This document shows, piece after piece, positions 38,198-50,500 of a stretch of DNA of 64,000 nucleotides. The stretch covers positions 868,001 to 932,000 of the forward strand of contig CM074820.1 of assembly GCA_037447605.1 (NCBI GenBank). The letters run 5' to 3'. A program made the position numbers and the translations under genes. Position 1 is the stretch's first letter. Every line of letters starts with the position of its first letter. The DNA comes from Zygnema circumcarinatum SAG 698-1b. Taxonomy: Eukaryota; Plantae; Zygnematophyceae. The notes below the pieces were generated by a model. It was given only the letters and a program-made list of their open reading frames with translations, was not told the DNA's origin and made no database searches.

Positions 38198-41100
38198 AAG
38201 CGAGGTCACAAGAGCACCGAGTGCAGAGGGTCGAATGAGACCAATCTGATGATGGCTGAAAGGCCTGAAAATTTTGATTTTGTTGGGAAGATCCAGGTTC
38301 AGGATCTGAAGCGGCCGTGGTTGATCGACTCAGGCGCTTCCACACACATGTGTGGCGACAAGCAAATGTTCTCCACGCTGGACACGCTGGAGAGGACCCG
38401 ATCTGTTCACTCGGCAACCGGAGAGGGAGTGACAATCACGAAGGGAGGAGTAGTCAAGATGATTCTCGGAGACGGCTCTGTCATCTCCGAAGAGGAGAGG
38501 GAGGAGCGTCTGTGTATCGGTGATGTCCTTCACACCCCCGAGCTGAAACAGAACTTCATGTCTGTTAGCCAGGTGTGTAAAAGGGGGTACGAGATCACGT
38601 TCAAGGAAAAATCTTGTGTAGCTACTCACGCAGTGACGGGGAAGCGGCTGTTTGAGGGGTATGAGAAAGGAGGCCTGTATTATCTTCATTATAGAAAGAC
38701 AGAGGATGAAGATGTGATGGCTATAGCTGAAACTGCCATAAATCTCTGGCATCGTAGACTTGGACATCTTAACCATCGGGGACTGCAACAGCTTGCTGCT
38801 AAGGGGCTAGTCCGTGGGTTAGACGTAGATGTCGNNNNNNNNNNGGAGAAGGAGCTCGGTTTTTGCAAGGAGTGTGTAGAGGGGAAGGCGCATCGGAAAC
38901 CATTCGCGAGGAGCGGAGAGGAGGCGTACCACGCGCAGAAGAAACTAGAGTTAGTTCACACCGACCTTTGTGGCCCCGTGACACCGGCAACGAGTGGAGG
39001 AGCTCGGTACTTTATCACTTTTCTCGATGATTTTTCGAGGAAAATTTGGGTGAAAATTCTCAAGAACAAGTCTGAGGCTTTCGGAGCCTTCAGAGATTGG
39101 CAGACTCAGATGGAGCGAGAGAGCGGACAGAAACTGAAGACTCTGCGCTCAGACAACGGAGGGGAGTTCAAGTCGAAGGAGTTCGGCGAGTACCTCAAGA
39201 CTCGTGGAATTAGGCATGAATTTTCTGCTCCCTACTCCCCTCAAAGTAATGGAGCTGCTGAAAGGGTAAATAGGACGTTGGGGGACATGGCGCGGACCAT
39301 GCTGATAGATTCCCCCTTCCCGGCTTCTTTCTGGGGAGAGGCGGTGATGACCGCAGCTTACCTTAGGAATAGATGCCCATCTTCTGTGCTCAAGGACCAG
39401 GTTCCTGAGGAGGTGTGGAGTGGGAGAAAACCCACGGTTTCCCACCTGAAGGCTTTCGGAGCGCGCTGCTGGTCGACGGTGCCGAAGGCGAGACAGAAGA
39501 GGAAGTTCGACTCGCGAGCCGTTGAAGGGTAGGAGATTCCAGCTTTGACTTCTAACAAGAGCAGACTACAACATTGATAGTCGCACCTACAGGATTTGGA
39601 ACCCGCGAGCGAAAGAAGTGCAGAGCTCGAGGGACATCACGGTGGACGAGAAAGGGGCGGTGGCACGGCTAGGTGAGACCCAGCCCCAAAAGGCAGGATT
39701 GGAGATTGTGTATGAGGACGTGGAGACCAGCGGAGAAGGCGTTGAAGCCTCTCAGGTCCCGGCTTTGGAGGAGATCAGCATGCCGGAGAGCGAAGGAGCT
39801 GACTCAGGAGCAATGCCGAACGTCGAGGCGGAGGCGGGAGTCGAACCCGAAGTGCCGCAAGCAGGGGAGCCGGAGAAATCGACGGAGACGGCCCCACTAC
39901 ACACTCACCTGTCAGATGAGGAAGACTCGGTCGAAACTGTACCTTTGCACGGACAGGAGTCTGAGGACTTGGATATGGCCGAGAGAGACGCGATGAGGGC
40001 AAGGATGCCTCCGGGATTTGTTCCCGGAATTTTCTTCAACTCGAGGAGTGGGAGAACGCAAGGACCGCGGAGGAGCACCCGTGTGGTGAGGAGGCCTGAA
40101 CGATACAGGCCGTCGCAGACTAACCTGATGCAGGAGAGAGTGCCTACGGACTCTGCTGACCTCGCAGGAGTTGCCCACTGCTACATGATCACTGAGCCGC
40201 AAACCTTCGAGGAGGCTCACGATGGGGTCGATGGAGCGAAGTGGCGAGCAGCGATCGATAGCGAGTGGAATAGTCTGATAGAGAACGGGACGTGGCGACT
40301 GGAGAAGCTGCCGAAGGGAAGGAGAGCCATTGGATGCAAGTGGGTGTTCAAGGTGAAGCGAAAGGCGGACGGGAGTGTCGACCGTTACAAGGCGCGGCTG
40401 GTGGCGAAGGGCTACAGCCAGAAGTACGGAATCGACTACACGGAGACTTTCGCCCCGGTGGTGAAGTTTAACTCCCTCCGTGCCCTAATCTCGATCGCAG
40501 CTGCTGAGGGGATGCATGTCCATCAGTTAGATATCAAGACCGCGTTTCTGTACGGAGATCTCGCTGAGGAGATCTACATGGAGCAGCCCGAAGGGAAAGT
40601 TGTCCCGGGGCAGGAGCATCTCGTCTGTCGCCTAGTGAAGAGTCTGTACGGACTGAAGCAGGCACCCAGGATCTGGTACGAGAAGATTGACGATCTTCTG
40701 AGGAGAAACGGATTTGCGCGCTTTGAGACGGATCATTCCGTCTACCGACAAGGAGAGGAGGGAGATCTCATGTACGTTGGGATCTACGTGGATGACCTCA
40801 TTATGGTGAGTCTCTCACTTGAGAGAATCAATGATCTGAAGAAGCTTTTGCAAGCTAACTTCCAGATGTCGGATCTAGGGGAGGCGCAGTATCTCCTGGG
40901 GATACAGCTGAAGAGGGGGCAGGACGGAAGTCTGTTCCTAAGTCAGAAGAAGTACGCCGCGGATGTACTTGCGAGATTCAATATGGAGGAGTGCAGACCG
41001 TGCACCAGCCCGATGGAGATCGGCGCGAGATTGTCGAAAGATATGGAGCCCGCGACGGACGCGGAGGTTCAGCGCATGTACGGAGTGCCGTACAGATCTG

Positions 41101-41870
41101 CTATCGGAAGTTTAATGTACCTAATGATTGGTACCCGACCGGACTTGGCGAAAGCTGTGAGCGCCGCGAGTCGGTTCATGGAGAATCCCGGCCCTGAGCA
41201 TTGGGAGGCCGTAAAGCGAATCTTTCGGTTCGTACGGGGGACCTTGGAGTACGGACTCCGTTACGAGAGAGGGCCGAACAGAGTCATCGGATACACCGAC
41301 TCTGACTGGGGAGGTGACGTGGACACATCGCGATCGACCTCCGGATTTGTTTACCTGAACGCAGGTGGAGCGATCTCATGGAGCTCGAAGCTACAGGATT
41401 CGGTTGCGTTGTCTAGCACCGAAGGCGAGTACATGGGAGCATGTCACGCAGCGAAGGAGGGAGTTTGGTTCCAACATTTCTTTGATGAGTGTAAGAGGCC
41501 ACAACGTCCTTTGACTTTGTTCACGGATAACCAGTCGTCCATTGCTCTTGTTGAAAACCCTGTGTTTCATAAGAGAACAAAGCACATCAGAGTGCAATAC
41601 CATTTTGTGCGAGAATTGGTAGAGGAGGGGACGATTGTTGCGAAGTTCATGGGGACGAAGGAGCAGGCTGCGGATATGTTGACTAAGGGAGTTAACGGGG
41701 AGACACAACTAGTGAATAGCAGACTCATTGGGCTAGGGCCCATGAGGAACTGAGTCCCAAGAGGGGGATTGTTAGTGTTAGTGTGCTATAGTTAGACATT
41801 GTATGGGTTCGCTAGCTTAACGTTGTTGTGGTCTTTCGATTGGGAAACATGAGATCAGTAAGTAGTCACA
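38198..41870 (+). mobile_element. Ty1/copia element A: 5'-truncated, pol largely intact, start of 3' LTR
   Basis: Half zinc knuckle GHKSTEC, protease WLIDSGASTHM, LWHRRLGH/CKEC, integrase HTDLCGP/SDNGGEF/NGAAER (to 39532), RT YVDD and RNase H DNQS/ADMLTK (39618-41753), PPT GAGGGGGAT, LTR start TGTTAGTGTTAGTG at 41770. Frame broken near 39530. Confidence 0.95.
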
Positions 41871-41874
41871 GGAA

Positions 41875-42387
41875 ATACGTACGATTACGAGACCCAAATG
41901 TCGGTGGCCCGATATACCGGCTGCCGAGGCGTAGGAGAATAGCCGGTGATGTCGGACGTGTCCGGACCCTTGAATGCTTGATCAGCCCGGTGGCCAGGCC
42001 CGAGGTCAGCTACGGGAGGAAGACGGCCAGCGGCCATGGACAAGTGTGGCAGCCCGGAAATGCGGCGGCGGAGGCCCTGAGTAGGTGGGCCCGGCCTTGA
42101 ATGTATGCGGCGTCGCGCCAAATGGCAGCGCATCGCCAACAAACCCGCGCACTCGGCGGGGATTCGAACTCAGGAGACCTCAGTATTCACCTAAGTCTTT
42201 TACCATTAAAAGGCAACGCGGATGTAAAAATGCTGCGGCCGCACAACCCGTAGCCATAGCGTTTAAGCTACATTCCTCCCCACCTAAACTGGGCTCGTCC
42301 TCGAGCGCAGTCAAGGTTTTTCACGAGCAGCGTTCAAGCTCCTTCAACACATGGACTACGGCCTCAGTCCCGAAGGCCACTGAGGAA
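41875..42387 (-). mobile_element. Ty3/gypsy-like 3' end fragment (PPT plus LTR start)
   Basis: Minus strand GGTGGGGAGGAA followed by TGTAGCTTAAACGCTA at 42272, resembling the chromovirus LTR start TGTAGCGTAACGCTA at 62336. Left boundary approximate. Confidence 0.5.
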
Positions 42388-45300
42388 TGTTGATGTATAG
42401 GTACATCAAGGTGTTGGTACTTAGTTCCTCGCATGAATGTTGTCCGGGAGATCATGTGTTGATGTAGGGACAATGTCATGCTTGAATGGTCATGTTTGGT
42501 GTAGGTCCCGAGCATGGGGGTACTTAAAGTGCTGCAGGGCATGAATGCGAAGGTGGGAAGGTCTAGGGTGCATTGGAATTTGCGGCGAGCTGACGTGCCA
42601 AAAGGGGTGTGGCCGGATCGCGCGTGGTGGTTGGAGGCCCAGGCGATGCAGGGCGGCCCAGCATTTATCACGACGGCAGCGGAAATGTTGGGGCCCAGGC
42701 GGAGTCTTCCCTGATGCGAAAGCCGGATCTGTAAAATGTATGATTGGTCGGCGCCCGGAGGTAGCGGCGCATGGCTCTGTGTGTGTATCAACCCCACATT
42801 GTGTATTATTGATGTGTGTACTAGCGACGCAATCTATAAAGCGGAACATAACTCATGATTAGGTATGTACACTTTTCGAGTGCGGACATTGGTGATCTTT
42901 GAGGCCCAGTAGCCGGCCAGTCGAGAAAGTGACGTGGCCAGCGACCGCGGCCAATTCGAAAGTGACGCAAGGCGGCGTCCGGAGAATGTCGGCGCTGATC
43001 GGGGAGTGAGGGCTATTTTGCATGGCCGGTGTGTCTTATGTGTGGAGGGCGATGGCAGTGGAAGCACAGCGATGTGATTCAGGGTAAGGCTTTGTAGGGC
43101 CTAGATGCGATCGTGAGCTTCACGGGGGTCCAGCATCTTGGTGAGTTAGTGAGAGTCGGATCGTCGCGGTGGGGCAGGATCAAGGCGAGGCGAGTTTGGA
43201 TCCGGCTTGGTGAGGGCTGGATCATAAATGGCCAGGAAGATCGACGAACCTGATTAGATGGGATAAGGCCCTTATAGCGCTGCATGGGTGGCCGTGACAT
43301 GGCGGCGTCACGTGACCAAAAGGCACGCCACCATGGTATATTAGGGAGCAAGCTTGGCTTCCTGCTACTCGCACTCACTTTCGAGCGTTATCTTTTGCTC
43401 AACCGTGTTAGGAAGAAGTGAAAGCGAGGAGCCTTGAGGAGTCGGCCTTGTGTAGGAGGTCGTGAAAGAACTATCTCTCATCATGGTTAACTCTAGTGAA
43501 GAGTTAGAGATGTGTCCCTCTCGTGTTGAGGTAGAGGAGAAGTTCAAGCAAGCATATAGTGCTTAGCTACTGCAGTTGGGGTGTAAGCTGCCTATCAGTG
43601 GATAGGACAGTGCTCATTGTTGATGTATGAGGTACATCAAGTTGTTGGTACTTAGTTCCTAGCATGAATGTTGTCGGGGACATCAATGTTTTGGTGTAGG
43701 GACAATGTCATGCATAGTGTTCGGTAATGGACCCGGTTTTATGGGTGAATGCGATATGGATTAGGAGCCGCGATGCAGTCCCCAAGGAATAAGTGTCCCC
43801 AGAATTAAAACAGGTTTCGCGACCTTGACTTAGTGACAAAGGGGCGGAGTGCGCACAGATACGGAGCAGATGTGGCCGTCTGGGGCGTAGCCCGAATATC
43901 TGGGAGCGGCGGAAGTTGGCGGGCCGGAGATTTGGAAGCCTTGGCGGATTCGCGTGGCGACATGATTAGTCGCTGGCAACCGCGAATCGCCCAGCGGCGT
44001 CTCTATGCAATGACAATGACGCGCATGGATTCGGCAATGTCGATTAGAGGAAATATGTGTGAGATAATGAGTCTCGCGGCGTTAGTCGTAGCGAAGCGGA
44101 TATCGGCCAGCGCGACATGGCACAACTAGAAGGACTTTTGGCTGATGCTTGGCAGCGAGGTGAAGCGTCGATGGAAGCGCCCGAGGGAAGTGGTGGCCGG
44201 TCGAGCGGCGCCGCGTGGACCCTTTCGGTAGTGGGTCAGCGAGGTGCGAGCGTCGCGGAAGAAAGGTGAGCTAGCAGGAAAAGTGAGAAGGGACAAAAGA
44301 GGACCCGGCAGCGAGTTAGCTATGCGGTGGGCAAAGCGTGAGTCGGTGCGAGAGGCTATGGGTTCTGGGACCACTATACGTGGAATTAAGCTAATTGGGT
44401 CGCCCGCTTTGCCGGATGCTGGGAAGCGACGCATTGACGTGACAACTTGTGTCGATCACACATATATGTTGTTCAAGGGAGCAAACTCACTGTCAACTTA
44501 CTCTCTCAAAGATATTTATCACTGCTTCGACCTTACGTGTTAGGAAGAGTAAAGCCGAGGCTGAGCCTAGAAGTCGACGCCCATTGTATGAAGGTCGTCA
44601 GAAGGAACTTAGCTCTCATCATGCTAAGCTTTAGTGAAGAAGTTAGATGATGTATTGCCCTCATGTGTTGAGGTAGAGGAGGAGTTCATGGAGGCAGTTA
44701 GTGCTTGGCTACTGCAGTTGGGGTGTAGGCTGTCTATCAGAGGATAGGATAACGCTCATGTGAGGAGGAGAATCTAGCATAAGGGATTATGTAGATTACT
44801 TAGAAACTTGTATTACACTCATGAAGTTTAAGGAGTTTTGGGGCCGTGGGCTTTTCTCGCCTCACTGTAAATCATTGTCGTGTGAGTCCTGTGTTGGATA
44901 GCGTGGTGGATGAGTGGAGGAGACCATTGTATGGGCGGTGTGTTGCTCCACACGAGGAGATCATTGGACGAGCGTGGACTTGAGGAGCCGAGACCATGGA
45001 GGAGTTGAAGTGTTCTTGTAGGTGGCGCTTTTAGTTTCCGCTGTGCGCACCCGGCAAGGGGTGGATGGAAGGCAGATCGTGGAGGAAGCGGTATGTGGCC
45101 CAAGTGGAAGATGAAGAAAGTTTTGAGCTTCATCCGGGCATGTATTTATCCCTTCCTTGAAGTCTGCCCTCTGGCCCCTTGCACCAACACTCATGAGAGG
45201 AGGAGAATCAAGCATAAGGTTATATGTAGATTTCCTAAGAGAGCTTGTATTACACCTATGAATGTTAAGGAGTTTTAGGGCCGAGGGCTTTCTCCTTATA

Positions 45301-46119
45301 CTTGTGTCATTCGTCACATGTGAGTCCTTGTGTTGGATTGGAGTGATGAATGGGTGGGAAGCGACCATTGTATGGGCGGTGTGTGTGCATCACACGTGGA
45401 GACCATTGGGCGTGTAATTTGAAGAGCCGAGACCATGGAGGGAGATGAAGAAGTGTTCTTGCTTGACAGGTGGCAGCGTTTTTGAACCCATTTGTCTTTG
45501 GTGAGGGAGGAAGAAGGCATATCATGGCCGGACGGTATGTGGCCTAAGCCAGAAGTGGAAAAGTTTTGGAGTGTTCACTCAAGCATGTTTGCTCCTTCCC
45601 ATGAGTCTCTCCTTACGCCCCCTCGCACCAACAGAGTGAGTATCGAGCTTATGGTTGAAGTCTTGGAGCATTTGGTGCTTAAGGTTGATCCTAGCTTATG
45701 GGTGAAACCCTGAAGAGTGCCAAGTGATAGTGAGGGTCTGGGAGCATGCGAAGTGAGGATCACTGATTCGCGAGAGTATGAGTTCCAAAGGAGAGAGATC
45801 CTTGGTAGAGAAAAGAGCTAAAGGATAGTTCTTTAGAAGAGCTAATGGTTGGCTCAAAAGGTACTCAAGAGGATAGATATGGTCAAACTCCTAGTCACGT
45901 TGATGGTTTCGTTTGTAGCAAGCAAGTTGCTGAAATAGTCAGCTTGGAGAAGCTACAGGAAGGAGAGAATGCGTTTAGAGTTCTAGTCTTGACAGCTCGA
46001 TGGAAAGAGTGCGAAAGAAGGCTAGATTAACGACATTGGAATTGGTGTTGTTTTGAGAGACTTGGCTCAAGGGAGTCAAGGTCCGGCGGCGTGGAGGTGG
46101 TGCATTGAGTTGCACATAT
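42388..46119 (+). mobile_element. Copia-type 5' LTR (42388-45633, interrupted by a sister solo LTR) plus degenerate PBS and leader/gag remnant
   Basis: Starts TGTTGATGTATAGG and ends GCACCAACA at 45633, followed by GAGTGAGTATCGAGC (tRNA-Met PBS-like). Cut off at 46120 by a gypsy LTR. Confidence 0.7.
43618..45189 (+). mobile_element. Solo LTR (1572 bp) inserted in an LTR of the same family
   Basis: TG...CA termini (TGTTGATG...CACCAACA) with a 5-bp target-site duplication CTCAT at 43613-43617 and 45190-45194. Colinear similarity to both halves of the host LTR. Confidence 0.8.
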
Positions 46120-47581
46120 TGTAACGACCGCGGGGCTAATCCCTCCTCGGTCTTGCGCGGAATACGCTCGATCGCACTCAACTTGGGGCAAATCAAAGAA
46201 AGCGGGAGAAAGAGGGAGGGAAAGCGAGGAGAGGCGCGTACTGAAGTGCAACGAAGATAAATTTCGTTGGCACCGATAACCTACAACCTATACTTCCCGT
46301 TGAACCTCTGCAATGGAGGGATTGGAAGCTTAGAGTACATCCAGGTGGTAGGTTGCCACGTGTCCGGGCTGAATATAGGTGAAGGAAGTCTAGCAATCTG
46401 AAAACGCTTCCTTGGTCCGATATAGGCGCCACTTGTGCCAGTAGCGCCGCCTCTGTCAGTGCAGCGGATCCCCTACAGCAGCCTTGGCGATCCCGGCCGT
46501 CGTGCATGCAGCGGCAACCAGCGGTATGGGCGGCGAGTTACGTTAGCGATTGCAACCACTGCGACTTTCGCGGATTCGATCTAAGACTACGAGGTCTAGG
46601 TAGTCCCGGCGCCCTGACAACCACTTTCGGCCCCGCGCAGGTGAAATACTAGGGCCAGTCGCTTCAGTACTCCAGAGCTGGCCCCATGGCGTTTAACTTC
46701 CTTTCTTCCCAGCGAGAATGTAGGCGCCCTCGTTCACGTGTGTAGAATTAGTAAAAGGCGTGGCGGTTTCCCAGCGGCAGCGTCGAACTCCTACGTGGTG
46801 GCTTGGGGAGGCACCAGCTGATAATCGGTCAAGTCCCTTTCAGGAGTTAGCGGGGCGGCTCGGAACCCCGGCGCCTGGCGCTCTACCGGCTGCTTTCCCG
46901 ATTACAAGTTGATGAGCTCCTGGCAATTGGTTAAGTTGCCTCGGCTTCCCATGTGCTATGTTCAACCCCATAGCCCAACCATTTCACGAGGTATTCGTGA
47001 CGGGAAGATCGACCCTTTCTCACAATACGGTGGGCTTGAATGGTTTCAACTTCATACTCAAGTTCACCTTCAAGTTCCACTGGTGGGGGAGGTGGCTGGA
47101 TCCTCCCATCGCTACGGTAGACCTTTAGCAAACCCACATGAAAGACCGGATGCACCTTCATGTGGGATGGTAAATCCAACCTCGTAAGCGACATCGAGGT
47201 TGGATCTCGCCGCTTCACGCACTCGAAAAGGTCCGATGATGGGCCACGCCTACGCGGTTCCGGCCATAGTTGTGCCCTGTGCCCGCCGTACTTAGCACAT
47301 CCCCTACTTCCTTCCCTGGCTGAAGGGGTGAGTTGGGTACGGCACTACAAGATAAGGGCCTTCTCGGTCGTTGACTGAGCCGCCAAAGTGGTCTGGCCGT
47401 GGCTCCCTCTCGGGACCGGCATTAGTCGGACAAAAAGCCTTGACTCCATGGAGGTTGAGTCCCATCAGCTTCCAAGGATCGGGGTTCTCGACTCCTGCGT
47501 TCCATGTGTCAGGCTGATCCTCGTTGCAGGATTTAGAGGATGCCGGCCAAAGTTCGAAGAAAGGGGTGGTACCAATGGATT
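46120..47581 (-). mobile_element. Ty3/gypsy chromovirus 3' fragment (integrase end, chromodomain, 3' LTR 46619-46120)
   Basis: SIGTTPFF, VHPVFHVGLLK, chromodomain EYEVETIQAHR...YLVKWLGYGVEHSTWE. LTR TGTCAG...GTCGTTACA. Confidence 0.85.
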
Positions 47582-50500
47582 TGCTGAAGCGGGTCTGCTC
47601 CCACTTCCGCGCCACTGGTGTTGCCTCATTGAACTTGAGTTCTACCTGATGAAGACATTCAAACACTCAAAGCTCTAACTTACTTCACTCATCGCCCATA
47701 ACAACAGAATGAAGCTACAAGACAAGCACAGCGGAAATCACAATGAGAGAGTGTTAGAGAAAGCTCACTACTTCTAAAACTCCTTATAATAAAAACTGCC
47801 TTCCCAATGAAGTTCTCCCACCACTTCGAAGGTCCCTCTTACTCACTACCCTACCTAATAATGTCAGAGGCGTGTTTCCCCAACAGCTGACGAAAGCGTG
47901 CTCAGTAAGACCGGTGACTATGACAGAGTAAATAGGTGGATTACTCCATAGTAAAACTACGCGACTATATAGTCCGTGGACGGACACACACATGTCACGG
48001 GCCGCTGGCCCGCCTATCGCAGAAACCGGTTTGATCGAAGTCCGGTTCGGCGCACTCGAATAACGCATCAAATTAGCCGCCAGAACCTACTTCGCCGGCG
48101 CCACCTTAAGTTCCCCTGCCTGATCGCACATCCGTCTCGCATAGCTGCTGCTGGCCGCTTCCTTCTCGCCTTCGCCACGTATTATCTCGTCAGTATTATC
48201 AACTCGCGACCTACATCGCTAGTGGTCCACGCTAAGACCCGTCACGCCAACATTCATGTCAAGCTCAAGGCCAAGTAACTTTGCGGCCCGCTGCTACGCT
48301 TCTCAAGCCGCGACCAATCGAAGTCGCCCAACTGCGATTGGCAACGCCACGCCGACCAATCAAAGTTGGCGCATTCGCATCTGAATTTACTCTGTGTCAC
48401 CGCCGTAATTAATCAAATACCGCCGCTCAGACTACAAGACTACGCTGCGACTCACCAAAGTCGAAAGACCGACATCACTTCAAATCTAAGAGCACTAATA
48501 CTTAGCGTGATCTCATGCTCTACAAACCGAAAGACTACAAATAAGCAGTGTGTGCCATACAATGTCTAACTATCATACACTAACACTAACAATCCCCATC
48601 TTGGGACTCAGTTCCTCATGGGCCCTAGCCCAATCAACCTGCTGTTCACTAGTAGTGTCTCCCCGCTGACCCCTTTAGTCAACATGTCTGCAGCCTGCTC
48701 TTTTGTTCCTACAAACTTCACCACTATCATCTCTTCCTCTACCAACTCCCGCACATAATGATATTGCACCCTAATGTGCTTGGTTCTTTGGCGGAACAAT
48801 GTGGTTTCCATAAGAGCTATGATGACTGGTTGTCCCAGAAAAGAGTCAATGGTGTTTGTGGTCGCCACATTCATCAAAGAAATGTTGGAACCACATCCCT
48901 CCTTTTCGCCGCGCGCGGCACGCCCCATGTACTCCTTCCTGCTTCGGACGCTTCAATCGTAATCTTGTAACTCGGCCCAGAGATCACCGCTCAGAACACA
49001 AATCCCGACGCCGCATCGCGTGACGGTCCACGCCACCTCCCCAACTGAAATTGGTGTATCCGGACAATTTAGTCGCCCCTCTCAAAACCTGGAGGCCGTA
49101 ATCCGTCCTCAATTTAATCTCGAAGATCCGCTTCACTACCCCCAATGTTCGGGACCGATTCTCCATGAACCGGACGCAGCTGAGCTCACGGGCTTTCGCC
49201 AAGTCGTGACGCAGTACCTATTTCCGTCAGATACATTAAACTCCCCGATGTTTAACTGCACGCATCTGCATATTCTCTCAGACCGCGAGACTGGCCGCAG
49301 TATCATATCTTTCTATTAACGCGTTCGACTTCCATCTGGAACACTCTCAGCAAGGACGCACTCCTCCATTTTGAACCTGGCAGTACATTCAAGGGCGTGA
49401 CACTTCTTCCCCGACAAAAGAAATAAGCCGCTGTCCCCGCCTCTTCACCGCATTCCTAGAGATACCGTAAGGCTCCCCCCCAGATCCGACATTTTGAAGT
49501 TAGCTTCCAAAAGCTGTTTCAAATCATTGATTCTCTCCAATGAGAGGCTCACCATTATGAGGTCGTCCACGTAGATCCCAACGTACATGAGATCTGCCTC
49601 TTCCCCTTGTCGGTAGACGGAATGATCCGTCTCGAATCGCGCAAATCCGTTACTCCTCAAGAGGTCATCAATTTTCGTACAAAACCTGGCCAAGGCTTCA
49701 AACCGCATGCATTCTTCGCACAAGACTCCACAAACCAGATGCTCTTGCCCCTCGGGACAACTTTCCCTTCGGCTGCCCACGTAGATCTCCTCGGTGATCT
49801 CCGCGACAAACGCCGGTTCGACATCGAAGCTGATGTATCGCATCCCCTACCGCCGCAGAATCGATATTAGGGCACCCGGAGAGTTGAACTTCACCACGGG
49901 CCGGTCTCCGTGTAGTCGACCCCGCACGCTTGCTGAAGCCCTTGCCACCAGACGCCAGCCTTTGTAATCTGGCCGACGCCCCCGCCCTTTCGCCACCTTG
50001 AACACCCACTCAATCCAATGGCCCTCCTTCCTGCAGCTCGTCGCCACGCCGCTCTCCAAATAAATCGTCTCCACTGCCGCCGACGCTGCTCGCCACTTTC
50101 CATCGACCCTCGGCTGCAGGCCTCCTCAAAGGTTTAAGGCTCGGGTGATCATGTGTCAGTGGGCAGCCCCCGCAGGTCCGGCCGAGTGCACTCTTTCCCT
50201 GCATTTGTGTTAGCCCCGCTGGCACCGTAGTGATCAGGCCTTCCTCACCACATACCTGCTCCTCCTCGGTGTCCTTTTGGCGCCCCGCTCCTCGTGTCAG
50301 CAAGAAAATCCCGGGATAAAACCCGGGAGGCATGCTCACAACATAGCTCCTTTCTCAGCTCGCCTCCAAATCCTCGCACTCCCCCATGCAAAGGTAGCTG
50401 CCGCTGCCGAAGCCCCTCCCTCGCTCTACGTGTGAGTGTGTAGTGGTGCCGCCTCCGCTGACGGTTGCGGCTCCCCCGGGCTATGCTCCCTCGGGTTCAA

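Noticed and set aside
39530-39617. Programmed recoding between integrase and RT of copia A
   Set aside because: About 30 nt of unrelated sequence replace the conserved F-x-G-Y segment relative to copia B, so it is a lesion rather than a signal.
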